64,000 nucleotides of DNA from Nymphaea colorata. Its lineage: Eukaryota. This document shows, piece after piece, positions 25,822 to 40,727 of this stretch. Each line of letters begins with the position of its first letter. Position 1 is the stretch's first letter. Position numbers and translations under genes: made by a program. The stretch covers positions 33,170,001 to 33,234,000 of the forward strand of contig NC_045138.2 in the NCBI RefSeq assembly GCF_008831285.2, in the 5' to 3' direction. The notes below the pieces were generated by a model. The model did not search any database, was not told the DNA's origin, and was given only the letters and a program-made list of their open reading frames with translations.

Positions 25822-28800
25822 AACAAAGAGACTACTTGCCTATCTTTGAGCAAGTCATTGCCTACCTAATAATCAGCCAAGATAAATTCACACAAATCAA
25901 TTTGGATGCCAGAACATTGTTACGAACACTAATAAAAACTTGATTTTGCAGTAGAAAACAATATCAAACTATTGTGCGGAAGGGCCGCAAGAACATTCAT
26001 CAAACAGTTCCCTAAGCAAACCTTAAAAGAAAATAACAAGAATACCGTCTTGCCTTCATAAGAAAACAAGTTGAGATAAATTGGCAACCACGAGACAGCA
26101 AAGTATTTTACACTACTCCGAAAAATTAAACAATAACGAACTTTTAGGCTCCATCTAACCGCTAGATTTTCAACTGCATCGACTCCAGCCAGGACCACCA
26201 ACAAGTCGGACCTGCAGCCAGCCCAGTAGGGATGACAATGGTCTGTTTTCACTCACTGATCTGAGTACTGGCTAGCTTAGAAACAGAACCAAGATGACAG
26301 GACTTGTATTCAGACAGATCCAGTTTGTACACAAGTTTGTTGTGTACTGGATACATGTTCAGGAGGCAACAAGGATCTCATCCCCATGTAAATTTTCAAA
26401 CTGCAACCTAGTTGAACCAGAATCTAGTACCAAAATTTAGAACTATGTCCTCAACTGAATCTGAAATAAGTAGATTGGACATGGTAAAACCTGATTTAAA
26501 TACCAAGCCTGATTTAAATACCAGGTATAACCCTTTCTTATACCAGGATTCAGCCTCCCCCCTCCAAAAAACCCTTGCCAAAACCTGGAGAAAAACCAGG
26601 TTTTCATGAAACTGGTGCACAGTCAAAGATCTTGAAAAATGTTTTGAAGGTTGTTTTGCCTTTGAAACATATTTTTCGAGCGGGTAGCCAAACACCCCAT
26701 TTTTTGAACAATTTTAGTATTTATTTAGGATTTTTTCAATTCAACATAGTTTATATAGAAAAGTAGAACAAAAATAACACACCACAAAAACAATTTCTCC
26801 TAATGACCACATCAACACACAACCACATCAACACGCAACACAACCAGCAGACCCACAAACCTTTTCAGATTTTATTTATCAAAAAATTGAGTAAATACAT
26901 TGAAAAATGGAAACCAATCAACTATTCGACAAGGCTCCTAAACAACCCATGCCACAATGAAAGTGAGAACTAAACACGACAAGAACTATGTTACAAAACC
27001 ACTAAAGCAGAAAAAAAAAAGAAAGAAAAGAATGAACCACTATAAAATCTAACCAACAATTGCCCAACTCAACAAAACTCAAAAAAGTGTAACTAAACAT
27101 CCTATTGAAAACAAATCAAACAAATAACCCTCACCTATGCTGGACATGTAAAATACCTGACTGAGAAACAAGACTAGTCAATTTTGCAAAATGACTGAGA
27201 AACAAGACTAGTCAATTTTGCAAAAAACGTCAACATTCAAATCGACCAGTGCTTTTGAAAAAAACTACCCTAAGTCTAGGTAAAAAAATACCCTAAGTCT
27301 AGGTTATGCAGATTGAAGACACTCATTAAGATGGAATAATAGGTCAAGTTTCATATCTTGTCCCACATGGTCTACCTCTCCTGAGACAAAGGAAATAATG
27401 GAGAATTTGTCACATTCAACATGACGGACTAGGTTTGAGGGGTTTCATCTATTCTATGTATGGACGAGCAGTTTGGTAATGAAATGACCAAATATCTTTC
27501 AAGACCAAAGGGGGATTAGTTAACTCCTCCTATCCCTAGGAAGCCTGGAAGCATGATAAGAGATGTCAAGTTTTTACTGTGAAATACTTTAAAAAATAAT
27601 CAATTTAACTCATAAGCTTGAGTGCTTGTGTTGTGCAAATAATATGACCTTCATTTACACACAGTACCTATCAAGTATCAAGTTTCATTTCGCATCAATG
27701 TTGCCGATGCTCTAGAAGGGATGCCTTTCAATTTCCGAAATATGAAGATAAAGGAATCATCCTCGACCTCTTAGATAATAAAAAAAGGAGCAGATATTGA
27801 ATCCAAAATCACACATCCACGAAAGATTGTCCCATTCAATCCTTAAGAGTTCAGCCTTCATGTCTTTCACCTCTTGGCAGGCACCTTTTGCTTTTTTTTT
27901 TCTTTTTTTTTCTTTTTTTTCTTTCTTTCTTTTGCATTTGGCTTTTTGCATTTTGATTTTTTTTTCTTGCCTTTGATTCTTTTTCAGGCCGACCTTCACC
28001 TTTAAGGGAATAGGCCGACCTTCACCTTTAAGGGAATACCTCACCACCCCAAAGGCTACTACGAAGCTCCACCGCTTTGGTGGTTATGTGTAGCTTTGTC
28101 ACATCTCCAACCCGCTTCACCTTACGGGTTTTCGACATGCCAAAGGTTCATAAGTCATCATCTTCGCGGAATAGACATAAATCACCTATATGCCTACCCG
28201 GTACTCTTGATTACTGACTCATATGAACGACTACACAAGCCCCGAGCCCATCTCTCAACTCTCATTTTGCTACCTGCCAAGATCTTACAGAGCATTATGG
28301 CTTCTCTCTTAGGATATTTTCATGCTAAATCCTTGTAGATGCTTAATCATCAGAGTCAATAGCATTTCCTAATCTTAATTTTCTCAGTTTCATAGGATTT
28401 TTCCTTACTGCTCATATCCAAAAATTTTTCAGTTTTCCTCTTCTATTGATTGACAACAGAAACTTGAAATTCTCCATCTACTCGGGGAGGTAAGCAAAGG
28501 CATTATCGTTGTGTGAGAAAACACTTTTCAAACGTTTTTAAACAGAATTGAAGATTTTCTCTTTTATCAAAGTTCTTGACATCAAATGCTATTTCACCAG
28601 GAGGAAGGAACTTTACTCACCTAAAGATAAGGCTGAATCCTGAATTAGTGATACTAGGGAAACTTCAGACCAAAAATCAAACTCAAATCCAGATTTCAAT
28701 CCCTAAAGCGAAAGTAAAACAGATTTGCTCTAAAACAAGGGCAGACTTTTCCAGTTCTTATAGGTTCACAAACCTGGGTAAAAAAGACATTATATTGTAA

Positions 28801-29097
28801 AGATATGATACCAAAACTAAGCGCTTGTTAGCTCTATAGAAAAATAGAGGATTTCAGGAAACCAAAATTTACAATTTTTTTTAACAATTCAGAACAGTTT
28901 CTGTAAAAAAAAAAAGTACACAAAGTAGAAGTTCTAAAAGACGGATTTTCCTATTGACATGAAGATCTGTAAAAATCACATCAAACTATACTTGCAATAA
29001 GATCAAAAACATAAAACAGTTCTACTTCATTATGCTTGCAACCAAGATGAAAATACAACTACAGTACGGAGATTTCATAAGATGCATAAGAGCTGTC
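25822..29097 (+). repeat. Segmental duplication block P, copy P1 (~3.3 kb)
   Basis: Near-identical to 32105-35353. Identical ORF translations at offsets of about 6.3 kb (26575/32907, 28096/34401, 28576/34891). Confidence 0.93.
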
Positions 29098-29477
29098 CAA
29101 GATGAAAATACAACTACAGTACGGAGATTTCATAAGATGATTAAGGGATTAGCGGGTTGGCGTGCGCCAAGGTTCGATGGGTTTGGAGTGGATTTTATTA
29201 ATTCGTCCTTAAGGTAAATTTTGAAATACAATAAGGACCCTTTCACGATAAGAACATAATATCTCGGTTATGGCCTCTACATCTCGGTTATGGGAAGGGG
29301 AAGAACTGGATTAAAAGCAATAGCCTCAATCGACGAGGAGCAGGTCGAACAGTCAGCCTTAAATGAAAATAGCATCAATAAGAAAATATTCAATAATATC
29401 ATAATTTTTCCCCAATGCAGGATACTATCTTGTGGATAAACAAACACCCTGCCGTTCAAGTGACACACACACACACA

Positions 29478-29509
<32 letters not shown>

Positions 29510-31199
29510 GTGTTCACTTCATTAAGCATCTCATAAAAGTTGGACAACAAAAGAGACCCAGTGTGAGAAGTCACCATACCCACTTGTCAGGCTTGTGTCA
29601 TGTCTCAACAAATCCTTGTGCCTTCAGACCTAAAAGCCGAATTAAACAATCAAACTAAAAAATCAAACACAAGAAGACTAATCGATTCTATCCCACCTAA
29701 CCAAAAACTTGATTTTGCAGTAGAAAACTATATCAAACTACTGTGCGGAAGGAAAGGACAGCCATTCAAATTGGCTGTTCCAAAACCGGACATCCACAAG
29801 AACATTCATCAAACAGTTCAATAAGCAAACCTTAAAAGGAAACAACAAGAATACTGTCTTGCAGATAAATTGGCAACCACGAGACAGCAAAGTATTTTAC
29901 ACTGCAATGAAAACTTAAAAAATAGAACGAACTTTTAGGTTCCATCTAACCGTAGACCAGCTAGAATTTCAACTGCATCGACTACAGCCAGAACCACCAA
30001 CAAGTCGGACCTGCAGCCAGTCCAACAGGGATGACAATGGTCTGTTTTCACTCACTGATCTGAGTCCTGGCTAGCTTAGAAACAGAACCAAGACAACAAG
30101 ATTTGTATTCAGAATCCAGTTTGTTGTGTACTGTCATGAGGCAACAAGGATCTCATCCCCATGTAAGCTTTCAAACTTCAACCTAGTTGATCCAGAATCT
30201 AGTACCAAAATTAAGAACTATGTCCTCAACTGAATCTGAAATAAGTAGATTGGACATGGCAAAGCCTGATTTAAATACCAAGTCTAACCCATTCATATCC
30301 CTAGGAGTCAGCGCCCCCCCCCCCTCCCCCGCCAAAACCCTTGCCAGTGCAAAACCTGGAGAAAAACCAGGTTTTCATGAAACTAGTGCATAGTCAAACA
30401 TCCTGAAAACAATCTTTCGAAAGTTTTGCCTTGAAACCTATTTTCCGAGCGGGTAGCCAAACACTGCCTAAGTATTTTCTGGATATATGGAAATAGATGA
30501 TTTCAAAAAACAAAAAAATCAGAATTTTTTGAAAATTTGGTATTTATTTAGGATTTTTTCAATTCGACATAGTTTCTATAGAAAAGTAGAACAAAAATAG
30601 AACACATCAAAAACAATTTCTCCTAATGACCACATCAACACGCAACACAACCAGCAGACCCACAAACTTTTTCAGATTTTATTTATCAAAAAATCGAGTA
30701 AAGACATTGAAAAATGAAAACCAATCAACTATTCAACAAGGCTTCTAAACAAACCATGCCACAATGAAAGTGAGAACCAAACACGACAAGCACTATGTTA
30801 GAAAACCTCTAAAGCAGAACAAAAGAAAAGAAAAGAATGAACTACTATAAAATCTAACCAACAATTGCCCAACTCAACAAAACTCAAACGATTGTCCAAC
30901 TCGACAAAACTCAAAAAAGTGTAACTAAACCAAAATATGATCCTATTGAATTACGACTCCGATCATACTGAAAGTGAAAATTACACCTGAAACTAAGGTG
31001 AAGTTTCAAAACATAAGCATGTAATGCTCCAGTCAGTCAGACCTTAATTTTAGCATCAAAACTATTTCAAAAAACGCTTATTTTGAAGCTAGAATCAGGT
31101 GTATTTTATTTTCATGTCAGCAAAAAAAAAAAAAAAGTCCAAAACCTGTCGTTCAAAACTGGATGCCTGAGGATTAAAATCTCAAGCAACTAGAGGCAG

Positions 31200-31780
31200 G
31201 TATCAGGGAAAGATGCAATTTGTGGTTGAGAAATTGAAACTCTAATAAACTCATGAGTGCATTGATCTATCTTGCGATTCCATAACAAAGAAGAGTCTTG
31301 AGAGTTGTGTCCATATTGAGAGCTCCAAGGAAGATTTCTACCGAGAGAATTCATCCAATGTGTGGCTACATGGAACTTCCCTACAATCATTATCTGTTGC
31401 CCATCTCCCATTGAGATCACTTCAAGTTCCTCGGTGTTCTGCTTCTTCATCTTTATTGAAGTCTTCAACCACTCAGGCCCAAAACTGGTTCAAATTTTTT
31501 GACTTTGGTGAAAGCCCTCTTCATGCTCATTCCAAGCTGCAGCTCTATGGATTGGGGGCGCAAAGCCTCCTTGTTGAACTCTGTCTTCTTACCTTTCACA
31601 ATGACATTGGGTTCCCTGAGAGGTAAGTCAAGCATCTTATCCACCATGCCTATGTCTAACCCAACAGGTTTCCCTCCATCCTCCATATCTGGTCGACTTT
31701 CTTCACTATCTATAAAGCCTTTTATCATCATATTAGAGCCACCCAGACCCTCAGATTTCCCCTCTAGTGCCTAACGGCCA
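31200..31780 (-). mobile_element. Possible decayed LINE ORF1-like coding remnant (second copy ~39930-40510)
   Basis: Frameshifted minus-strand coding-like sequence, with FWARVVEDF in the Q2 copy and HWMNSLGR. Only loosely reminiscent of plant L1 ORF1. Confidence 0.25.
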
Positions 31781-31838
31781 TGGCCCTCCAACTAACGAGT
31801 TTCCTTTGTCATATGTGAATTTTTTTATTGAAGAAAAG

Positions 31839-31858
31839 TATATATATATATATATATC

Positions 31859-31912
<54 letters not shown>
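31839..31912. repeat. Compound (TA)n(TG)n microsatellite
   Basis: Read directly; shorter allele at about 40579-40618. Other SSRs at 451-470 (CA), 21229-21250 (TA), 29463-29509 and 52206-52237 (GA). Confidence 0.9.
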
Positions 31913-31913
<1 letters not shown>

Positions 31914-32104
31914 CTTAAATGGCAGGGCAAGTTGAAAATTTTGTTCTTATAACAAATGCTGGACAATCTTGTCCTAAGGACAAGTGTCTTGAGAACAGTT
32001 GTCCTTGCAACCAAAAGGTATTTATTATTTAAGAGGTCAAACATGGGCTTCATCCCCTCTCACATGATGAAGGGGCTAGTCACATGCTTTGTTCTATAAT
32101 TATG

Positions 32105-35100
32105 AACAAAGACACTACTTGCCTATCTTTGCGCAAGTCCTTGCCTACCTAATAATCAGCCAAGATTTAGGTAAAAATTCACACAAATCAATTTGGATGC
32201 CATAACATTGTTACAAACACTAATAAAAACTTGATTTTGCAGTAGAAAACTATATCAAACTACTGTGCGGAAGGAAAGGACAGCCTTTCGAATTGGCTGT
32301 TCCAAAACCAACGGACATCCGCAAGAACATTCATCAAACAGTTCCCTAAGCAAACCTTAAAAGGAAATAACAAGAATACTGTCGTGCCTTCATAAGAAAA
32401 CAAATTCAGATAAATTGGCAACCCGAGACAGCAAAGTATTTTACACTACTCTGAAAAAGTTAAAAATAGAACGAGCTTTTAGGTTCCAGGTTCCATCTAA
32501 CCGTAGACCAGCTAGATTTTCAACTGCATCGACTACAACCAGGACCACCAACAAGTCGGACCTGAAGCCAGTCCAGTAGGGATGACAATGGTCTGTTTTC
32601 ACTCACCGCTCTGAGTACTGGCTAGCTTAGAAACAGAACCAAGATGACAGGACTTGTATTCAGAAAGATCCAGTTTGTACACAAGTTTGTTGTGTACTGG
32701 ATACATGTTCAGGAGGCAACAAGGATCTCATCCCCATGTAAATTTTCAAACTTCAACCTAGTTGAACCAGAATCTAGTACCAAAATTTAGAACTATGTCC
32801 TCAACTGAATCTGAAATAAGTAGATTGGACAGAGTAAAGCCTGATTTAAATACCAAGTATAACCCTTTCTTATACCAGGATTCAGCCTCCCCCCTCCAAA
32901 AAACCCTTGCCAAAACCTGGAGAAAAACCAGGTTTTCATGAAACTGGTGCACAGTCAAAGATCTTGAAAAATGTTTTGAAGGTTGTTTTGCCTTTGAAAC
33001 ATATTTTTCGAGCGGGTAGCCAAACACCCCATTTTTTGAACAATTTTAGTATTTATTTAGGATTTTTTCAATTCAACATAGTTTATATAGAAAAGTAGAA
33101 CAAAAATAACACACCACAAAAACAATTTCTCCTAATGACCACATCAACACACAACCACATCAACACGCAACACAACCAGCAGACCCACAAACCTTTTCAG
33201 ATTTTATTTATCAAAAAATTGAGTAAATACATTGAAAAATGGAAACCAATCAACTATTCGACAAGGCTCCTAAACAACCCATGCCACAATGAAAGTGAGA
33301 ACTAAACACGACAAGAACTATGTTACAAAACCACTAAAGCAGAAAAAAAAAAGAAAGAAAAGAATGAACCACTATAAAATCTAACCAACAATTGCCCAAC
33401 TCAACAAAACTCAAAAAAGTGTAACTAAACATCCTATTGAAAACAAATCAAACAAATAACCCTCACCTATGCTGGACATGTAAAATACCTGACTGAGAAA
33501 CAAGACTAGTCAATTTTGCAAAATGACTGAGAAACAAGACTAGTCAATTTTGCAAAAAACGTCAACATTCAAATCGACCAGTGCTTTTGAAAAAAACTAC
33601 CCTAAGTCTAGGTAAAAAAATACCCTAAGTCTAGGTTATGCAGATTGAAGACACTCATTAAGATGGAATAATAGGTCAAGTTTCATATCTTGTCCCACAT
33701 GGTCTACCTCTCCTGAGACAAAGGAAATAATGGAGAATTTGTCACATTCAACATGACGGACTAGGTTTGAGGGGTTTCATCTATTCTATGTATGGACGAG
33801 CAGTTTGGTAATGAAATGACCAAATATCTTTCAAGACCAAAGGGGGATTAGTTAACTCCTCCTATCCCTAGGAAGCCTGGAAGCATGATAAGAGATGTCA
33901 AGTTTTTACTGTGAAATACTTTAAAAAATAATCAATTTAACTCATAAGCTTGAGTGCTTGTGTTGTGCAAATAATATGACCTTCATTTACACACAGTACC
34001 TATCAAGTATCAAGTTTCATTTCGCATCAATGTTGCCGATGCTCTAGAAGGGATGCCTTTCAATTTCCGAAATATGAAGATAAAGGAATCATCCTCGACC
34101 TCTTAGATAATAAAAAAAGGAGCAGATATTGAATCCAAAATCACACATCCACGAAAGATTGTCCCATTCAATCCTTAAGAGTTCAGCCTTCATGTCTTTC
34201 ACCTCTTGGCAGGCACCTTTTGCTTTTTTTTTTTCTTTTTTTTTTCTTTTTTTTTCTTTCTTTTGCATTTGGCTTTTTGCATTTTGATTTTTTTTTCTTG
34301 CCTTTGATTCTTTTTCAGGCCGACCTTCACCTTTAAGGGAATACCTCACCACCCCAAAGGCTACTACGAAGCTCCACCGCTTTGGTGGTTATGTGTAGCT
34401 TTGTCACATCTCCAACCCGCTTCACCTTACGGGTTTTCGACATGCCAAAGGTTCATAAGTCATCATCTTCGCGGAATAGACATAAATCACCTATATGCCT
34501 ACCCGGTACTCTTGATTACTGACTCATATGAACGACTACACAAGCCCCGAGCCCATCTCTCAACTCTCATTTTGCTACCTGCCAAGATCTTACAGAGCAT
34601 TATGGCTTCTCTCTTAGGATATTTTCATGCTAAATCCTTGTAGATGCTTAATCATCAGAGTCAATAGCATTTCCTAATCTTAATTTTCTCAGTTTCATAG
34701 GATTTTTCCTTACTGCTCATATCCAAAAATTTTTCAGTTTTCCTCTTCTATTGATTGACAACAGAAACTTGAAATTCTCCATCTACTCGGGGAGGTACTA
34801 AGAATAAAGCAAAGGCATTATCGTTGTGTGAGAAAACACTTTTCAAACGTTTTTAAACAGAATTGAAGATTTTCTCTTTTATCAAAGTTCTTGACATCAA
34901 ATGCTATTTCACCAGGAGGAAGGAACTTTACTCACCTAAAGATAAGGCTGAATCCTGAATTAGTGATACTAGGGAAACTTCAGACCAAAAATCAAACTCA
35001 AATCCAGATTTCAATCCCTAAAGCGAAAGTAAAACAGATTTGCTCTAAAACAAGGGCAGACTTTTCCAGTTCTTATAGGTTCACAAACCTGGGTAAAAAA

Positions 35101-35353
35101 GACATTATATTGTAAAGATATGATACCAAAACTAAGCGCTTGTTAGCTCTATAGAAAAATAGAGGATTTCAGGAAACCAAAATTTACAATTTTTTTTAAC
35201 AATTCAGAACATGAAGATCTGTAAAAATCACATCAAACTATACTTACATGCAATAAGATCAAAAACATAAAACAGTTCTACTTCATTATGCTTGCAACCA
35301 AGATGAAAATACAACTACAGTACGGAGATTTCATAAGATGCATAAGAGCTGTC
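32105..35353 (+). repeat. Segmental duplication block P, copy P2
   Basis: Same order and orientation as P1. Confidence 0.93.
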
Positions 35354-36187
35354 TACAAGGTTATCCACCATCCAGCATTGAAGTGTTCTTCTCACTTGTA
35401 GAAACCCACTAACAAGATGCTGTTAACAAATATAAGTTACGAATCCGATCATACTGAATTGAAAATTACACCTGAAACTACTGTCAGGGTGAAGTTTCAA
35501 AACATAAGCATGTAATGCTCCAGTTAGTCAGACCTTAATTTTAGCATCAAAACTATTTCAAAAAACGCTTATTTTGAAGCTAGAATCAGGTGCATTTTAT
35601 TTTCATGTCAGCAAAAAAAAAAAAAACAAAGTCCAGAACCTGTCGTTCTACACACATTACACTAATGACCGTGAGACCTTAAAACAGAGCTTGAACAGGA
35701 AAACGTTTCAAACTTTCAACCAAGCTCCTAATCGCACATTCAAAGCAAAGATTTCTCGAAAGATTACTCAACTTCTCCCTAAAACAGCCTGCGTTTGCGA
35801 TTTACGAATCGTCCTTATAGAAGCGTTTGAATTATCGCAAAACATGTGTTATCCGCTCATGTCTGAAATATTGCAAAACCACGTTCTGCTGCCAAATTCT
35901 CTTAAAACAAAACCTTGTGGGGTTTCATTCCTGGAACAGAGTGTAAGCCCTAAAACGGTCGCCAGAAAACGAAAAGACCCTTTTCCGGTCACAAAAAATA
36001 AAAGCCCTTAGAAACACAACGATGCAAAACAAACAAACAAACAAACAAACAAAAAAGGAAATCAGGGAATCAGAACCTCGCGAAACAAAAAGCTGGATGC
36101 CTGAGGATTAAAATCACAAGCAACTAGAGGCAGGTAATCTGAAGTAATCAGGGAATCTACTTCATCGCAGAGGGGAGAGAGAGAAAC

Positions 36188-36277
36188 CTGCAGCCCGTGG
36201 AAATCTCAGAGCTTTCCGTTGATGGTGAATACGATGAGAGGGACGAAGAGCTCCAGCGTCTTCTTAACAAGTCCATT
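36188..36277 (-). pseudogene. Decayed MADS-box domain remnant
   Basis: NGLVKKTLELFVPLIVFTINGKL*DF versus consensus NGLLKKAxELSVLCDAEVALIVFSxxGKLYEF (internal deletion and a stop). Ends at donor CAG|GTTTCT followed by a CT-rich tract. Confidence 0.5.
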
Positions 36278-36385
36278 TTAAAGCAGGCTTGGGGATGAGC
36301 TTTGAAGACCTTCACCGCAGCCCGAACACGAAGCAGATGCCACCAGACGATAACTGTTAGTCACCGAGGTTGTCCGCTCACCCAC

Positions 36386-36468
36386 GAAGCTGCAGGAGTA
36401 GAGCAGGGAGGTGCGATGAGGGAAGCTGCAGGATTAGACCAGGGAGGTGCGATGAGGGAAGCTGCAGG
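36386..36468 (+). repeat. 36-bp tandem repeat, ~2.3 copies
   Basis: GAAGCTGCAGG starts at 36386, 36422 and 36458. Confidence 0.9.
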
Positions 36469-38900
36469 GCAAGGAAGAGGGGAAACATGTTTGGAAATCA
36501 CCTCAACGGACAATTTTTTTCATCTTATGTTTGACGGGCAGGAAAGAACTTGAAAAATTGAATCTTATTATTTATTTGGTAGCCATGGAACGTAATGGAA
36601 AAACGGAAATAGAAAGAAAGTGAATCTTCTCTTGCCCGATTTAAGCGTTTCAAGAAAAAGACAGATTTGAGAAAAAAATACTGTATTTATTCAAAAAAAA
36701 TTATTTAAAAAATAAACATTGCATTTCCAGCAATTCATGAGTAACTTGGGATGAAATTAAACATTTTAAATTTTATAAAATCGTAGTATTTAAACAAGCA
36801 AAAGCGCTTATCCAAATATGTAGCTTGAAACTTTGAAGACTACCTATGTCACATTGTTATATATAAAATTTTAAAATGCACATTTAGTTGATGATTAAAA
36901 AGAAAATTGCTGAAAGGTATGTCGGTATACTCCGTCCATTTGGTGCCACGACGCAGGCAAGCATCAGTTATTGTGGGAAATTGTTCACACGGATCCCAAT
37001 CAAACTTTTCATTTTTCATATGAATATTTCAGAGCAATTTTCATAATTTATATATTAATAACTCCTAACAATTTACAAGATGCTGTTAGCTCCGGTTTTT
37101 TAGAAGCTCCGAGTGCCTTTTTCTGTTTTATTCAATGTACGTGCATAATTGCTGTTTCTTTAGTTATCTTTACATATGAAACCATATATTAGTTTTAAGT
37201 TAAATGAAGCATTGACGAAAAATCTGAATGGTGGTAACGATTATGTAATATTTGGAACAAAAGTTTCAAAGCGTTCAAGATTCGTCGCCTAATTTCAAAT
37301 GATGGTAGCTGAATTTTGGAATTGTTTTTAACCCTATGATATATCCATCAGAATTCTTATAAAATTGCAGAACAAATATATTTAATATTTCTGACGGTTT
37401 TCTTACTTCCAACCATATCATAATTATTTATCGGTGGATTCATTTTAAAGGAAAACAACAACAAAAACAAGAAAACTCAGAGAAAAACAACAAAAAGAAA
37501 ATTCGACGGAGTTTGGGGGAAATGGGAGGTTGTCTTTGATTAAGTTATGGTGCATACACGTAAAAAAACTTTAGAAATTAATGGCCTGCAAATAACATTT
37601 TTCATAAAAAACTCTATGGTCCCCGGGCTGCACAACGAATCGAACTCGACTTGTTTTTCATATGAGTCGAGCTCGACTTGTATAAATAAGAGTCGAGCTT
37701 GGGCTTAATTATTTTACATTAATTACCAAATCAATTACTGGATGAAGGAACCATAAACACATTGCCCTTAATACATCAAGGTGAGATCCTTATTACCAAA
37801 ACCTTCCATCCATAAGACCTATCCAATCTACACTGCACATGTCATGCCAGCCCTATTGTAAAAACATATTTAGGATCTTCTTCAAGATGAAGATTGCAGT
37901 CTGTTGCAAATTAAAAGAAGACCGGACATGAATGCCGATTTGGGGAGTGCCAATTTTTGTCCTCTTCCCCTCTCATCGCATTAGTCTTTCTTTGATGGCC
38001 ATTTTCTATTAACCACTACCTGTCTGAGACTGCAAACTGCCTACTCTACAGCTAGAGGGAGGGGTTTGGACTGAGGCACAGCCCAAAAACTTCAAAGCAC
38101 TTGTTATCAACTGTTTTAACAAAGCCACATAAAATCCAGTATTCATGATGAACAAGTTTTCTACAAGACAGAAAAGTAGGGTTCCATGCGCCAACAATAC
38201 AAACAGGAAAAAATTCATCGCATTCATTAGTGGGCTATGAAATGGACGACCCGATGGGCTTGCTTGCGGATTTCCCTTTGTGATGACATGCTTCATCCGT
38301 AGATACGCAAAACGCAGGCATTCTGCTCCACTTCCAGCCTTTGTCAAATCTTTCCTAATAGAATTTAGCATCCTGCTTATTACTCGGAATTGAGATGCAA
38401 TTACCATAACTGGGTCGCATCTTTGCCAGATCCAAGTCGATATTTGAGTGGCGAGCATGAATTCGATTGGATGGTTGAAAAATTAAATCAGAAGTAGGAT
38501 CTGCACAAGTCATTTGTACACGTGCTTGCTTACGGGTAGGTGAAACCATGCATCCGTAGATCTTGGCTGAGACAACAAGCCGCTGGCTATCTGTGGAAAA
38601 ATAGTTCGTACAGCTACCTGTTCTGAGGAATTAGCTCATCCTTCTTCTGAGCAAGAAATCCAAACCCCTTCTTCTTCTTCTTCTGTAAAGCCGACCACCA
38701 AATCATGGAAGGCAGAATGAAGCGACCTTAATGGGCTGTTGGCTGAGCATCCCTTGGTCTTCATATAGATAATGCCACTAGTATTGATTTTCCTCAACAG
38801 CTTCAGTACTCAGGTCAACAGTATTGGCTCCACTACGTACGCTCATCTTTCTCCAAACAAATTGATGCTGTCGTTCAGTGAACGAGAAATAAAACTGGGT

Positions 38901-40578
38901 ATTAAGGGATTAGCGGGTTGGCGTGCGCCAAGGCAAGGTTCGATGGGTTTGGAGTGGATTTTATTAATTCGTCCTTAAGGTAAATTTTGAAATACAATAA
39001 GGACCCTTTCACGATAAGAACATAAAACGGCAGAGAACGAGACGAGCTTACTCTTGTATGACTGTCCAAGCCTCACGAACATGGCGCTCCTCCGTCAAGG
39101 TCGCGCCTATCGTACTTCAAACTTGCATTCCAATATACTTTGGGGACCAACCTCAGCCCACCTTCTCCTCTACATCTGGGTTATGGCCTCTACATCTCGG
39201 TTATGGGAAGGGGAAGAACTGGATTAAAAGCAATAGCCTCAATCGACGAAGAGCAGGTCGAACAGTCAGCCTTAAATGAAAATAGCATCAATAAGAAAAT
39301 ATTCAATAATATCATAATTTTTCCCCAATGCAGGATACTATCTTGTGGATAAACAAACACCCTACCGTTCAAGTGACACACACACACACGTGTGTGTATA
39401 TATATATATATATATATAGTGTTCACTTCATTAAGCATCTCATAAAAGTTGGACAACAAAAGAGACCCGGTGTGAGAAGTCACCATACCCACTTGTCAGG
39501 CTTGTGTCATCTCTCAACAAATCCTTGTGCCTTCAGACCTAAAAGCCCAATTAAACAATCAAACTAAAAAATCAAACACAAGAAGACTAATCGATTCTAT
39601 CCCACCTAACTAAAAACTTGATTTTGCAGTAGAAACTATATCAAACTACTGTGCGGAAAGGACAGCCATTCAAATTGGCTGTTCCAAAACCGGACATCCA
39701 CAAGAACATTCATCAAACAGTTCCCTAAGCAAACCTTAAAAGGAAACAACAAGAACAATGCTCCAGTTAGTCAGACCTTAATTTTAGCATCAAAACTATT
39801 TCAAAAAACGCTTATTATGAAGCTAGAATCAGGTGTATTTTATTTTCATGTCAGCAAAAAAAAAAGGGTCCAAAACCTGTCGTTCAAAACTGGATGCCTG
39901 AGGATTAAAATCTCAAGCAACTAGAGGCAGGTATCAGGGAAAGATGCAATTTGTGGTTGAGAAATTGAAACTCTAATAAACTCATGAGTGCATTGATCTA
40001 TCTTGCTATTCCATAACAAAGAAGAGTCTTGAGAGTTGTGTCCATATTGAGAGCTCCAAGGAAGATTTCTACCGAGAGAATTCATCCAATGTGTGGCTAC
40101 ATGGAACTTCCCTACAATCATTATCGGTTGCCCATCTCCCATTGAGATCACTTCAAGTTCCTCGGTGTTCTGCTTCTTCATCTTTATTGAAGTCTTCAAC
40201 CACTCTGGCCCAAAACTGGTTCAAATTTTTTGGCTTTGGTGAAAGCCCTCTTCATGCTCATTCCAAGCTGCAGCTCTATGGATTGGGGGCGCAAAGCCTC
40301 CTTGTTGAACTCTGTCTTCTTACCATTCACAATGACATTGGGTTCCCTGAGAGGTAAGTCAAGCATCTTATCCACCATGCCTATGTCTAACCCAACAGGT
40401 TTCCCTCCATGCTCTATATCTGGTCGACTTTCTTCACTATCTTTAAAGCCTTTTATCATCATATTAGAGCCACCCAGACCCTCAGATTTCCCCTATTTCC
40501 CCTCTAGTGCCTAACGGCCATGGCCCTCCAACTAACGAGTTTCCTTTGGCATATGTGAATTTTTTTATTGAAGAAAAG

Positions 40579-40618
<40 letters not shown>

Positions 40619-40727
40619 ACTTAAAATGGCAGGGCAAGTTGAAAATTTTGTTCTTATAACAAATGCTGCACAAAATTATGAACAAGGAATCTTCGTTCTT
40701 AGGAATCTTGTCCTAAGGACAAGTGTC
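38901..40727 (+). repeat. Block Q, copy Q2
   Basis: Starts ATTAAGGGATTAGCGGGTTGG as at 29140. ORFs 39921/40091/40196 are paralogous to 31190/31360/31465. Confidence 0.88.

Larger units (their letters stand above)
29140..31990 (+). repeat. Block Q, copy Q1 (contains a diverged partial P copy, P', at ~29705-30930)
   Basis: Matches 38901-40727 with reciprocal indels: Q1 lacks about 39026-39172 and Q2 lacks about 29852-31022. Confidence 0.88.
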
